Shown here: in pieces, positions 7,857-16,588 of the stretch
Layout: every line of letters begins with the position of its first letter
Numbering within the stretch: position 1 is the stretch's first letter
Assembly: GCA_041483195.1 (NCBI GenBank)
Contig: JBGPFC010000047.1
Location: 1 to 26,537 of the forward strand
Length of the DNA stretch: 26,537 bases
Source: Candidatus Eiseniibacteriota bacterium
GTDB taxonomy: Bacteria > Eisenbacteria > RBG-16-71-46
Reading direction: 5' to 3'
Made by a program: the position numbers and the translations under genes
Notes under the pieces: generated by a model
What the model saw: only the letters and a program-made list of their open reading frames with translations
What the model was told of the DNA's origin: nothing
Databases searched by the model: none

Positions 7857-8626
7857 AAGCGGAACCCCGGGTGCGCGTGATGCTGGCGGACGACGAGCCG
7901 CGCGCGCGGCAGTTTCTCGAGAAGCGTCTCGCCGAGCAGCAAGAGCTCGAAGTGGTGGGCGCCGCGAAGGGCGGCATCGACGCGCTCGCGCTCTACCACC
8001 GCCTCAAGCCCGACGTTGCGTTCCTCGACATTCACATGCCCGACCTCTCCGGGCTCGAGGTCGCGCGCCAGATGATGCGCGCCGGCCCGCCGCTGGTGGT
8101 GTTCGTGACCGCTTACGATCGCTACGCGGTCGAGGCGTTCGAGGTCGCGGCGCTCGACTACGTGCTGAAGCCGATCCGGCGCGAGCGCCTCGACGAGACC
8201 GTGCAGCGCGTGATCGCCGAGGTGCGCGGCGGCCGGCAGGTGGCGCAGGCGAACTCGCTGAAGGAAGCGCTCGACACGCCCGGATTCGTGGACCGCACGC
8301 CGGTGCTCAAGCGGCTCCCGGTGCGCCATCGGCGCGAGGTCAAGCTGCTCGACCTCGACCAGGTGCCGCTCATCTTCTCGCGCGACCGGCTGGTGCTCGC
8401 GCGCGCCGAGGACCACGAGTACCTGGTGGACTACACGCTCCAGGAGCTGGAGCAGCGGCTGCCGGAGGGCTCGTTCGTGCGCGTCCACCGCGGCGCGCTC
8501 GTCAACCTCGATGCGATCGAGTCATACGGCGGCGAAGACGGCGTGCTGGTGCTGCGCCTCAAGGACGGCACGCGCGTCGAAGCCAGCGAGCGCCGCGCGG
8601 CCGAGGTGAGGCGCAAGCTGCGGTAG
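7853..8626 (+). CDS. LytTR-family response regulator
   Basis: GTG start overlapping the kinase stop (GTGA), GGAGG upstream. Receiver LADDEP...FLDIHMP...FVTAYD..A..AFE..ALDYVLKP, LytTR domain TLQELEQRLP...FVRVHRGALVNL. Confidence 0.93.
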   Translation: MKAEPRVRVMLADDEPRARQFLEKRLAEQQELEVVGAAKGGIDALALYHRLKPDVAFLDIHMPDLSGLEVARQMMRAGPPLVVFVTAYDRYAVEAFEVAALDYVLKPIRRERLDETVQRVIAEVRGGRQVAQANSLKEALDTPGFVDRTPVLKRLPVRHRREVKLLDLDQVPLIFSRDRLVLARAEDHEYLVDYTLQELEQRLPEGSFVRVHRGALVNLDAIESYGGEDGVLVLRLKDGTRVEASERRAAEVRRKLR

Positions 8627-8772
8627 CGGGCGCGGCGTTCGCCCTTGCGAAGCTGCTGACGTAACGCGGCCCGCTCCCGCCGGGTGGGAAACGGCTATTG
8701 CGCGCGCGGGCGGGCGGCGGGAACATTGACGACGGTGCGACCGGGCTGCCCCCATTCCCCCGCGAGGTCCCC

Positions 8773-9693
8773 ATGAAGACGCACGTTTTCCCGGCGCTAG
8801 TCGCGTCGGTGTTCCTGCTCGTGACCGCCGCACCCGCGGCGTTCGCCATCACGATGGATGGGGTGCTGGATCCGGCGTACGGTCCGCCGCTCAGCACGCA
8901 AACCACGCAGACCAGCTACCTCGACAACACGCTGGGCCAGGTCGGGCACGCGTACGGGTCGGAAGCGGACGGCGCGTATGGCCTGATCGATGGCGGCGTG
9001 CTGTACCTCTTCGTCGCGGGCAACCTGAGGTACGAGGAAGGCGCCGAGTTGCAGGGAATCTTCGACATGCTCGACGTCTTCATCGACTCGGCGCCCAACG
9101 GCCAGAGCGTGCTGGGCACCAGCAATCCGGCGATCGACAGCGGAAACGACCTGAACAACATGGCCGGGCTCACGTTCGATTCGGGGTTCGGGGCGGACTA
9201 CTGGGTGAGCGCCGGCAGCGCGCTCTTCAATGTCCCACTCCAGGCCTACTTCGCCGAGCTGCCCACCGCGGGCGGCGGAGCCGGCCACTATCTCGGCTGG
9301 TCCGCGCCGGGCGGGCCCGGGACGCTCTCGTTCGGCACCAATCCCGCCGGCATCCTGGTGACGATCGACGACCACAACGTCGCGGGGGTGACGGCCGGGT
9401 GCGGCGCGGCATCGGGCGCGGGGGTGACCACCGGCATCGAGTGGGCGATCCCGCTGTCGGCGATCGGAAACCCGAGCGGGTGCCTGCGGGTGTGCGCGTT
9501 CGTGAGCAGCTCGTATCACTTCGGAGTCTCGAACCAGGTGCTGGGCCCCGTGCCTCCCGGGACGTGCAGCCTCGGCGCCCCCGGCGGCGTCAACTTCGCG
9601 AGCATCGCGGGCAATCAGTACTTCACGATCTGTCCCGGGAACACGCCGGCACGGCACACGAGCTGGGGAAGCCTGAAGTCGATCTACCGCTGA
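8773..9693 (+). CDS. Secreted Gly/Asp-rich protein with C-terminal TSWGSLKSIYR motif
   Basis: GAGG RBS then ATG 8773; signal peptide ending PAAFA. Body starts ITMDGVLDxxYG and contains LYLFVAGN, VFIDS and GIEWAIPL, reminiscent of DOMON/CBM9-like beta-sandwich domains (inference). Confidence 0.8.
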   Translation: MKTHVFPALVASVFLLVTAAPAAFAITMDGVLDPAYGPPLSTQTTQTSYLDNTLGQVGHAYGSEADGAYGLIDGGVLYLFVAGNLRYEEGAELQGIFDMLDVFIDSAPNGQSVLGTSNPAIDSGNDLNNMAGLTFDSGFGADYWVSAGSALFNVPLQAYFAELPTAGGGAGHYLGWSAPGGPGTLSFGTNPAGILVTIDDHNVAGVTAGCGAASGAGVTTGIEWAIPLSAIGNPSGCLRVCAFVSSSYHFGVSNQVLGPVPPGTCSLGAPGGVNFASIAGNQYFTICPGNTPARHTSWGSLKSIYR

Positions 9694-9713
9694 GCCGCGG
9701 GGCGTGGCCTCAG
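9690..9713. terminator. Hairpin between convergent stop codons (possible bidirectional terminator)
   Basis: CTGAG-CCGCG-ggg-CGTGG-c-CTCAG imperfect inverted repeat spanning the stops at 9691-9693 (+) and 9710-9712 (-). Confidence 0.3.
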
Positions 9714-11449
9714 CCCGGTTGCGAATTCGCTCCGGGCGCCGGTGGCAGGGGCCACGGGATGTTCTTCAGCCGCTCGGGGTACACCTCGGGCTTCACGGTC
9801 TTCGAGATCGCGCTCACGGTCTCGTTCAGCACGCGATCGCGCTTGGTGTCGGCCGCCTGTTGCCGCAGGTACTGCATGACCTCCTCCGGCAGGCTCTCGA
9901 ACGGCTGCGGCCCCTGCACCTTCGACACCAGCTGCGCGATCAGCCATCCGCCCTTCACGGCGATCGGGCCGATGCATTCCTTCGGCGCCATGCCCATGAG
10001 GGCCTCCGCGTGCGGCTTCCACGGCCCGGGCGCGGCGGGGAAGCGCACCGTCTCCTCGGTGACGCGCGCGCCCGGGGCCGCCATCGCCACCGCCTCGCGC
10101 AGCGACGGCGCATGCCCGGCGTGCACCAGCAGCGCGGCCGCCTTCGCGGAGTCCGCGAGCGTGGTCTCGAGCAACCGCACCTGGTCGAGGCGCTGAAAGG
10201 CGCCGGGGTTGCGGTCGTACGCCGCGCGCACGTCGTCGGGCGTGATCTCGGCCCGCGGCGCCAGCTCTGCGTCGTAGAACGAATTCAGAACGTAGTTGTC
10301 GATCCGCTGCTCGATGCCGCGCGCGATCGCCGGATCCTCGTCGAGATGGCGATGGCGCGCCTCGATCGCCGCGATGCGCCGCACCATCTGCGTCTCGATC
10401 CAGTGCTGGATCGATGGCAGCACGGTGGGGCTGGGGTGCTCGCGGCCGGCGACGTTCAGGTCGGCGATCGCCTCCGCCATGGTGTAGGTGCCCGCGCGCG
10501 GGCCGTCCTCCCAGCGCCCGAGCACGATGCCCAGCTCCTCCGGCAGCGGGCGCGCCGGCAGCGTCTCGCCCATGCCCTGGGTGAGCGGCCCGCCCGGTCC
10601 GTTCAGGTGCGCGAACAACGCCTGCCCCGCGCCCGGCTCGAGGCGCATCGCGTACCCCGCGCGCAGATCGGTCACCGCGCGCACCGCGAGCACGCGCTGC
10701 TTGCGCTGGCGCAGCATGTCGCCCAGCACGAAGCGTTGCTGTCCATCGAGCGGCGGCTGCGGCTGCGCGCGCCGCGCGAGCACCTCCATGATGAACCAGC
10801 CTTCGCCGGGCGCCTCGATCGGCCCGATGACCTGGTTGAGCGCCGCGGTGCGCAGATAGCGATCGAGCGGCGGCACCAGCGAGCCGGGGGCGAGGAAGCC
10901 GAGGTCGCCGCCCGGCGGCAGCACGCCCATCATGCCGTAGCGGTCGGCGACCATCGCGAACGGCGCGCCGTGACGCAGATCGCCGATCGCGCCACCGGCG
11001 GCGCTGCGCGAGGGGGCGTAGATCAACAGGACGTGGCCCACCGTGTCCCGCCACGCGTAGAGCTGCTCGATCTCGCCGTCGCTCACCGCGATGTTCCTCG
11101 GCGAGAGACTCGCGAACAGCGCGTTGAGCAGGATGTCGTCCGCCGTCGCCTTGCTGAAGTTCTTCACCAGCGAATCGCGATAGAGGCCGCGGCGCTCGGC
11201 CTCGGCGAGCAGCAGCGCGCGGCGCAGCAGATCCTGGAGCAGCATCGCCTTCGCGCTGTCGGGGAGGCCCGCGTAGCGCGCCTCGTTGCCGCGCGCGACG
11301 TCGACGAAGTCGCCGATGGTGATGGTGTGCCTGCCGACGCGAGCGAGGACGCCGGATGGCGAGCCGCAGCCGGCGAGCAGGGGCAGCGCGACCAGCGCGC
11401 AGAGCGCGAGCGCGCGACGCGCGTGCGAAACGACGGGGACCGTGATCAT
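9710..11449 (-). CDS. Parvulin/PpiC-type peptidyl-prolyl isomerase family lipoprotein (PrsA/PpiD-like foldase)
   Basis: Lipobox LLAG/C, VLARVG...IT N-domain, LLLAEAERRGL, rotamase segment F..VA.RY....GGDLGF...GPI, followed by a second degenerate copy. Position between mfd and surA fits. Confidence 0.82.
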   Translation of the reverse strand: MITVPVVSHARRALALCALVALPLLAGCGSPSGVLARVGRHTITIGDFVDVARGNEARYAGLPDSAKAMLLQDLLRRALLLAEAERRGLYRDSLVKNFSKATADDILLNALFASLSPRNIAVSDGEIEQLYAWRDTVGHVLLIYAPSRSAAGGAIGDLRHGAPFAMVADRYGMMGVLPPGGDLGFLAPGSLVPPLDRYLRTAALNQVIGPIEAPGEGWFIMEVLARRAQPQPPLDGQQRFVLGDMLRQRKQRVLAVRAVTDLRAGYAMRLEPGAGQALFAHLNGPGGPLTQGMGETLPARPLPEELGIVLGRWEDGPRAGTYTMAEAIADLNVAGREHPSPTVLPSIQHWIETQMVRRIAAIEARHRHLDEDPAIARGIEQRIDNYVLNSFYDAELAPRAEITPDDVRAAYDRNPGAFQRLDQVRLLETTLADSAKAAALLVHAGHAPSLREAVAMAAPGARVTEETVRFPAAPGPWKPHAEALMGMAPKECIGPIAVKGGWLIAQLVSKVQGPQPFESLPEEVMQYLRQQAADTKRDRVLNETVSAISKTVKPEVYPERLKNIPWPLPPAPGANSQPG

Positions 11450-11461
11450 GTTCGGCCGCCG

Positions 11462-11490
11462 ACCTTAGAGCACGGCGCGGGCCGTCGCAA
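11462..11490 (-). promoter_or_regulatory. sigma70 promoter of the PPIase lipoprotein gene (very short leader)
   Basis: Minus strand TTGCGA (11490-11485), 17 nt, TAAGGT (11467-11462). ATG follows 12 nt later with no SD. Confidence 0.55.
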
Positions 11491-11525
11491 CCGCGCGCGC
11501 CGCGCCCGTCGCCCCCGCGGAGCCG

Positions 11526-12293
11526 TCACTTCCCGCTCGTGCTCGAGAGCAGGGTCTCGATCGATGTGCGCATGAGGTAGACGTTCGTCGATCCCTTCAT
11601 GAGGGAGGGCCGCAGCGCGAGCATTCGCCGCTCGCCCGACAGGTCGTAGTCCACCGCCACCCAGGGGCCGTTCGAGCCGCCATCGACCATCCTCACCGCG
11701 CGCATCTGCGAAGCGGCGATCCGGATCGGGCCATTCCTGGCCTCGCACTCGAGCCCGTCGGGGTTGACGGTCACCCGGTCGCCGTTGCCTCCCGGTCCCA
11801 GCATGGCGCCGAGGCCGAGCTTCTCCGTGTGGACCACGTTGTCGTAGGTCTTCGGGAGCTGCATCGCCTCGTTCAGCTCCGCGAACTCCTTGAGATCGCT
11901 GCGGCGAAAGTGAATCGCGGTCGAGCCTTCATCCACCGCGGTCGCGAGCGTGCTGTCGGTGTACACCGAGACCGTGAACGGGTATTCGGTGTCCGCGAGC
12001 AGCGTGTCCTGCTCGCACGCGTACATCGCGCTCCGCTTCGGTTCGACGCGGCGCGTGCTGTCGCACGACGTGACGCCGGCCGCCGATTGGAAGCGCACGC
12101 GCACCCAGAGCGGAACGTCCTTGCGGTTCGCGAGCCCGACGAGGATGGAGGGCCGCCCTCCGGTCGGAGTCATCGCGCTGCCCATGACGAGATCGACGTA
12201 CGACGACTTGAACTTCTTGTCGGCGATGGAGCGCGAAGGCGTGGCGGCGGCCAGCGCGAGCACGAGCAGCAGCAGCGGCAGGAAACCTTTCAT
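11526..12293 (-). CDS. Hypothetical exported protein
   Basis: ATG 12293 after GAGGGGG; signal peptide MKGFLPLLLLVLALAAATPS; codon usage like neighbours; no family recognised. Confidence 0.7.
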   Translation of the reverse strand: MKGFLPLLLLVLALAAATPSRSIADKKFKSSYVDLVMGSAMTPTGGRPSILVGLANRKDVPLWVRVRFQSAAGVTSCDSTRRVEPKRSAMYACEQDTLLADTEYPFTVSVYTDSTLATAVDEGSTAIHFRRSDLKEFAELNEAMQLPKTYDNVVHTEKLGLGAMLGPGGNGDRVTVNPDGLECEARNGPIRIAASQMRAVRMVDGGSNGPWVAVDYDLSGERRMLALRPSLMKGSTNVYLMRTSIETLLSSTSGK

Positions 12294-12391
12294 GCGGAAA
12301 CCCCCTCGAGGTTCGGCGCTGCCGCCGTCCGACTCACCCGGGCGGGCGAAGGATGGGCGGGCCATCGAAGGCGGCACGCCGAGGCCGGGCG

Positions 12392-12420
12392 AGGCTATCC
12401 CCGATGGGCGGCCGTCTCAA
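12392..12420 (-). promoter_or_regulatory. sigma70 promoter of the hypothetical gene, -35 overlapping the mfd stop codon
   Basis: Minus strand TTGAGA (12420-12415), 17 nt, TAGCCT (12397-12392). Confidence 0.5.
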
Positions 12421-15400
12421 GGCGCGACGGCCTCGCGCGGCGCGACCGCCACCGCGATCGCCTGCAGCAGCTCGCGCGTGCGGTGGAGCAGCGCGAGCCC
12501 TAAGCCACGCACCCGCATGCCGAACTCGCGGCCCGAGAAGAACTCGACCTGGAAGTTCAGCATGCCGACCACGGTGCGGATCTGCTGCGGCTTGAGCGGG
12601 TGGCGCAGCGCGATCTCGGCGACCTCCTGGAACACGCGCAGCGCCTCGACCGCGCCGCTCGCGCCCAGCACCCGCAGCCGCCGCAGCTCGCACAGCGCGA
12701 CCGCGGGCGGCGGCAGCTGGCCGAAGCGATCCATCAGCTCGAGCGTGAGATCGTCGAGCGCTTCGATGTCGCGCGCCTCGGCGAGGCGGCGGTAGAGGTT
12801 CAGCTTCTCGTGCTCGTCCGGCACGTAGTCGTCGGGCAGGTACGCGCTCCAATCGGTGAGGAGCCGCGGCTCGTGCGGCGAGGTGTCGGCCTCGCCCTTG
12901 AGCTCGGCGACCGCCTCCTCGAGCAGCTTCACGTAGAGATCGAACCCGAGCCCGACGATGAACCCGTGCTGTTCGGGTCCGAGCATGTTGCCGGCGCCGC
13001 GGATCTCGAGGTCCTTGAGGGCGATCTTGAAGCCGACGCCCAGCTCGTCGAACTCCTCGATCACGCGCAGACGCTTCTCGGCCTCCTCGGTGAGCACGCG
13101 CCGCGATGGCACCAGCAGGTAGGCGTAGGCCCGATGTGAAGAGCGCCCGACCCGGCCGCGCAGCTGGTAGAGCTGGGCGAGCCCCAGCGTGTCTGCGCGA
13201 TCCACGATCAGCGTGTTGACGCTCGGGATGTCGAGCCCCGACTCGATGATCATGGTGGAGACCAGCACGTCGTAGCGGCGGTCGAGGAACTCGAGCATCA
13301 CGCGCTCGAGGTCGCGCTCCGCCATCTGTCCGTGCGCGACGCCGATCCGCACCTGCGGCACCAGCTTCGCGAGCAGCAGCGCCGCGTTGTGGATGGTCTC
13401 GACGCGGTTGTGCACGTAGAACACCTGCCCGCCGCGGTCCACCTCGCGCATGATCGCGTCCGAGATCACCTCTTCGTCGTACTCGATGGTCTCGGTGTGC
13501 ACCGGCAGCCGGTCGCGCGGCGGGGTCTCGATCACCGACATGTCGCGCGCGCCGGCCAGCGAGAGGTTGAGCGTGCGCGGGATGGGGGTGGCCGTCATCG
13601 CGAGCGCGTCCACCTGGCGCGTGAGCTGCCGCACGCGCTCCTTCTGCACCACGCCGAAGCGATGCTCCTCGTCGATCACCACCAGCCCGATCCGCGCGAA
13701 CTTCACGTCCTTCGAGAGCATGCGGTGGGTGCCGATCAGGATGTCGACCTGGCCCTTCGCGAGTGCGGCGAGCGTCTCCTTCTGCTCCTTCGGCGTGCGG
13801 AAGCGCGACAGCACCTCGACCCGCATCGGGAAGTCCGCGAGCCGCTCGCGGAACGTGAGCAGGTGCTGTTGCGCGAGGATGGTGGTGGGCACCAGCAACG
13901 CGACCTGCTTGCCGTCCTGCACTGCCTTGAACGCCGCGCGCACCGCGACCTCGGTCTTGCCGTAGCCCACGTCGCCGCAGATCAGCCGGTCCATCGGGCG
14001 CGGCGCCTCCATGTCCTGCTTCACCTCGTCGATCGCGCGGATCTGATCGGGCGTCTCGTCGTACGGGAACGACGCCTCCAGCTCGCGCTGCCACACCGTG
14101 TCGGGCTTGAACGCGTGGCCGGGAAGCGCCTTGCGCGCCGCGTAGGACTTGATCAGCTCCTCGGCCATGTCCTGGATCGCGCGCTTCGCCCGCGCCTTGG
14201 TCTTCTGCCAGGCCGGGGAGCCGAGCCGGTGGAGCGCGGGCCGCGCGCCTTCGCCCGCCGCGTAACGCGACACCATCGCGAGCTGATGGACCGGCACGAA
14301 CAGCCGGTCCTTCTCGGCGTACGCGATCTCGATGCAGTCGGTCTCCTGCCCGCCGAGCGTGAGGCGCTGCATGCCGCGATAGACGCCGACCCCGTGATCC
14401 TCGTGCACGACGTAGTCGCCGAGCTTGAGCGCCGACAGCTCGGCGATCGAGAGGCCACCGCTCCTGCGCAGGCGGCGGCGCCGGCGCCGGTAGCGGGCGA
14501 AGATCTCGTGGTCGGTGAGAATCGCGAGGCCGGCGCCCTTGAGCGTGAACCCCGCCGACACCAGGCCCACGCCGAGCGTCGCGCCGGTGTCGCCCAGCAG
14601 CTCGAACAAGCGGTCGCGCTGTCCCTGGTTGTCGCACAGGATCACGGGCTCGATGTCGTTCGCGCCCAGCTCGGCGAGGTGGCCCTTGAGCCGCTCCATC
14701 GAGCGTTGCACCGGCTCGGCGGGCGAGCAGTCCACCAGCAGCGTCTGCGCGTAACGCGCTCGCTCGCCCGACTCCGCGACCGACCCCATCCAGTCCGCGC
14801 CCGGGCGCTCGCGCAGCAGCGCGTCGAAGCTGGAGGCCTCGAGGAAGAGCTGAGAGGGCGGGGAGATCCCGGGGTAGTGGCGGCGCGCCTCGTCGAAGCC
14901 GTGCGCGATCATGCGCTCCAGCTCGATGGCTCGCGCGCGGAGCTTTCCCGGATCGTCGAACACCACCAGCGTGTCGTCTGGGAGATAGTCGGTGAGCGCG
15001 CCGAGCGCGGCGTCGTAGTGGCCGGCGAATCGCTCCATGCCGTCGTGGAAGAGCGGACCCGCTCCCGCCGCCGCGAGGTCGCGCGCGGTGAGGCGCGGGC
15101 CGTCATGCGGCGCGCCGCCCTGCCGCGCATCGTCCGCCTCGTCGCCGCCGGCGCGCGCGGCGCGCAGGCGCTCGGCGATCGCGGGCGCCTCCTCCGGCGC
15201 GATCACCACCTCGTAGCGCGGCAGCACCACCGCCCTGCCGAGCTGCTCCATCGAGCGCTGCGTCCCTGCGTCGAAGCGGCGCAGCGACGCGATCGTGTCG
15301 CCGTCGAACTCGATGCGCAGCGGATCGGGCTGGCCGGCGGGATAGATGTCGAGGATGCCGCCGCGCCGCGCGAAGTGTCCGACCGACTCGACCTCTGGCA

Positions 15401-16019
15401 TGCGCTCGTAGCCCATGAACACCAGCCGCTCGATCAGCGCCTCGGGCGCGAACTCGGCGCCCACCTCGATCGCGAGCCGCGCCTGATCGAGCCGCGCCGG
15501 CGCCGGCACGCGCTGCAGCAGCCCGCGCACGCTGGCGAGCACCACCCCACGTTCTCCCGAGGCGAGGCGCCCGAGCGTCTCGAGCCGCTGTGCCGTGATG
15601 CCCGAGTGCGGCGAAGATGGGTCGTAGGGCAGCGTGTCGGGTTCTGGAAACGCGAGCGTCTCGCCGGGCCCGCGGAAGTACTCGATGTCGTCGCGCGCCT
15701 CCTCGAACGCGTCGCCGTGCGCGACCACGTAGAGCACGGTGCGCGAGGTCGCGCGCTGAAGCCACGAGGCGAGCAGCCCGCGCGCAGAGCCGATCAGCCC
15801 CTGCACTGCAACCCGTTGGCGATACTCGGCCGCGTCGTTCCGACCCCACTCGCCGCGCAGGAACGCGAGCAGGTCGCGCGCCTCGGGGAGCCGCGCCACG
15901 TGAGCTGCGAGCGACTCCGCGAGCGCGTCCTTGAGATACACCTCGGGCGCGGGGGCCGGCGGCGCCCCGGCGGCGCGCGCCGGAGCGGGGGTCGAGGCCC
16001 GGGCGTCCGTCTCGCTCAC
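12417..16019 (-). CDS. mfd: Transcription-repair coupling factor Mfd
   Basis: UvrB-homology region (FARRGGILDIYP), RID (GDYVVHEDHGVG.Y.G), Walker A GDVGYGKTEVA, DEEH, ATPIPRTL, QLYQLRGRVGRS, DLEIRGAGN.LG.EQHG, C-terminal TRCF domain. GTG start at 16019 preceded by AAGGAG. Confidence 0.97.
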   Translation of the reverse strand: MSETDARASTPAPARAAGAPPAPAPEVYLKDALAESLAAHVARLPEARDLLAFLRGEWGRNDAAEYRQRVAVQGLIGSARGLLASWLQRATSRTVLYVVAHGDAFEEARDDIEYFRGPGETLAFPEPDTLPYDPSSPHSGITAQRLETLGRLASGERGVVLASVRGLLQRVPAPARLDQARLAIEVGAEFAPEALIERLVFMGYERMPEVESVGHFARRGGILDIYPAGQPDPLRIEFDGDTIASLRRFDAGTQRSMEQLGRAVVLPRYEVVIAPEEAPAIAERLRAARAGGDEADDARQGGAPHDGPRLTARDLAAAGAGPLFHDGMERFAGHYDAALGALTDYLPDDTLVVFDDPGKLRARAIELERMIAHGFDEARRHYPGISPPSQLFLEASSFDALLRERPGADWMGSVAESGERARYAQTLLVDCSPAEPVQRSMERLKGHLAELGANDIEPVILCDNQGQRDRLFELLGDTGATLGVGLVSAGFTLKGAGLAILTDHEIFARYRRRRRRLRRSGGLSIAELSALKLGDYVVHEDHGVGVYRGMQRLTLGGQETDCIEIAYAEKDRLFVPVHQLAMVSRYAAGEGARPALHRLGSPAWQKTKARAKRAIQDMAEELIKSYAARKALPGHAFKPDTVWQRELEASFPYDETPDQIRAIDEVKQDMEAPRPMDRLICGDVGYGKTEVAVRAAFKAVQDGKQVALLVPTTILAQQHLLTFRERLADFPMRVEVLSRFRTPKEQKETLAALAKGQVDILIGTHRMLSKDVKFARIGLVVIDEEHRFGVVQKERVRQLTRQVDALAMTATPIPRTLNLSLAGARDMSVIETPPRDRLPVHTETIEYDEEVISDAIMREVDRGGQVFYVHNRVETIHNAALLLAKLVPQVRIGVAHGQMAERDLERVMLEFLDRRYDVLVSTMIIESGLDIPSVNTLIVDRADTLGLAQLYQLRGRVGRSSHRAYAYLLVPSRRVLTEEAEKRLRVIEEFDELGVGFKIALKDLEIRGAGNMLGPEQHGFIVGLGFDLYVKLLEEAVAELKGEADTSPHEPRLLTDWSAYLPDDYVPDEHEKLNLYRRLAEARDIEALDDLTLELMDRFGQLPPPAVALCELRRLRVLGASGAVEALRVFQEVAEIALRHPLKPQQIRTVVGMLNFQVEFFSGREFGMRVRGLGLALLHRTRELLQAIAVAVAPREAVAP

Positions 16020-16094
16020 GACGCTCCTTCCGGTCCAAACGCGAAAACCCGCCGCGGATTTTCCGGGGCGGTGTGCTGCCGTCTTCATGTGACG

Positions 16095-16120
16095 ACGCCC
16101 CGCTCGGGGGAGCGGGGCGC
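16095..16120. terminator. GC-rich hairpin downstream of the TA operon / in the mfd leader
   Basis: CGCCCCGCTC-gggg-GAGCGGGGCG inverted repeat about 30 nt after the PIN-gene stop. Confidence 0.45.
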
Positions 16121-16125
16121 TTCAG

Positions 16126-16154
16126 AACCTAGCAGAGGCGGAAGGAGCCCTCAA
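16126..16154 (-). promoter_or_regulatory. sigma70 promoter of mfd
   Basis: Minus strand TTGAGG (16154-16149), 17 nt, extended -10 TG-C-TAGGTT (hexamer 16131-16126). The TCTGCTAGGTTC core is identical to that of the ftsE promoter. Confidence 0.6.
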
Positions 16155-16588
16155 CGCGAAGGCGGCCAGACCAGCGCGACATGGCCGCGCCGAGTCACTC
16201 GCGCGATGAACGGGGCCCGCCGATTCCTGACCAGCCGCTCCATGCTCGGGAGTGCCTGCACAAACGCTTCCGCCATCTCGGGTCCGCCGAGATTCCCGCC
16301 AGTCAGCACGAACACCCGAACGCCAGCTCCGATCAGCGCGACCTTTTCGTTTTCGCGTCGCCGGATCATGTCGTCCCGCGTGAGGACCACCCAGCCCTCG
16401 TGTCCCGCGCGCCTCAACCACTCGACATCGGATGCGTCCGGGGCGAACAGGTCGTCATGAACGACGACCTTCCGACCCGCGGCCCGCAATGCCTCCGGAA
16501 CACGGATTCGGCCCAGCGAGCGATCGACGAAGTAGACTGGCGCTTCAGGCGACTTTGAGTTCGCAGCGAATCGCTTCTTCGATCTCAC
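16151..16588 (-). CDS. PIN-like domain toxin (VapC45-type)
   Basis: YFVDRSLG...L...G.......DD.F.....D.EWL......GWVVLTRD..IR....E motif set of VapC45-like PIN domains; overlaps the 3' end of the upstream antitoxin gene. Start uncertain. Confidence 0.85.
   Translation of the reverse strand: MRSKKRFAANSKSPEAPVYFVDRSLGRIRVPEALRAAGRKVVVHDDLFAPDASDVEWLRRAGHEGWVVLTRDDMIRRRENEKVALIGAGVRVFVLTGGNLGGPEMAEAFVQALPSMERLVRNRRAPFIARVTRRGHVALVWPPSR

Noticed and set aside
6110..8626. 838-aa ORF suggesting a giant response regulator
   Set aside because: Only the last 257 aa are receiver+LytTR; GTG 7853 has an SD and overlaps the kinase stop.
16020..16088. N-terminal extension of Mfd from ATG 16088
   Set aside because: No SD for ATG 16088, whereas GTG 16019 has AAGGAG at suitable spacing; the extra region is more likely 5' leader.
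955..16460. Long antisense or alternate-frame ORFs (e.g. 955..2487+, 3849..5417+, 9704..11575+, 12334..14637-, 13332..16460+)
   Set aside because: Shadow ORFs expected at high GC; they overlap well-supported genes and give Arg/Ala-rich sequence with no motifs.
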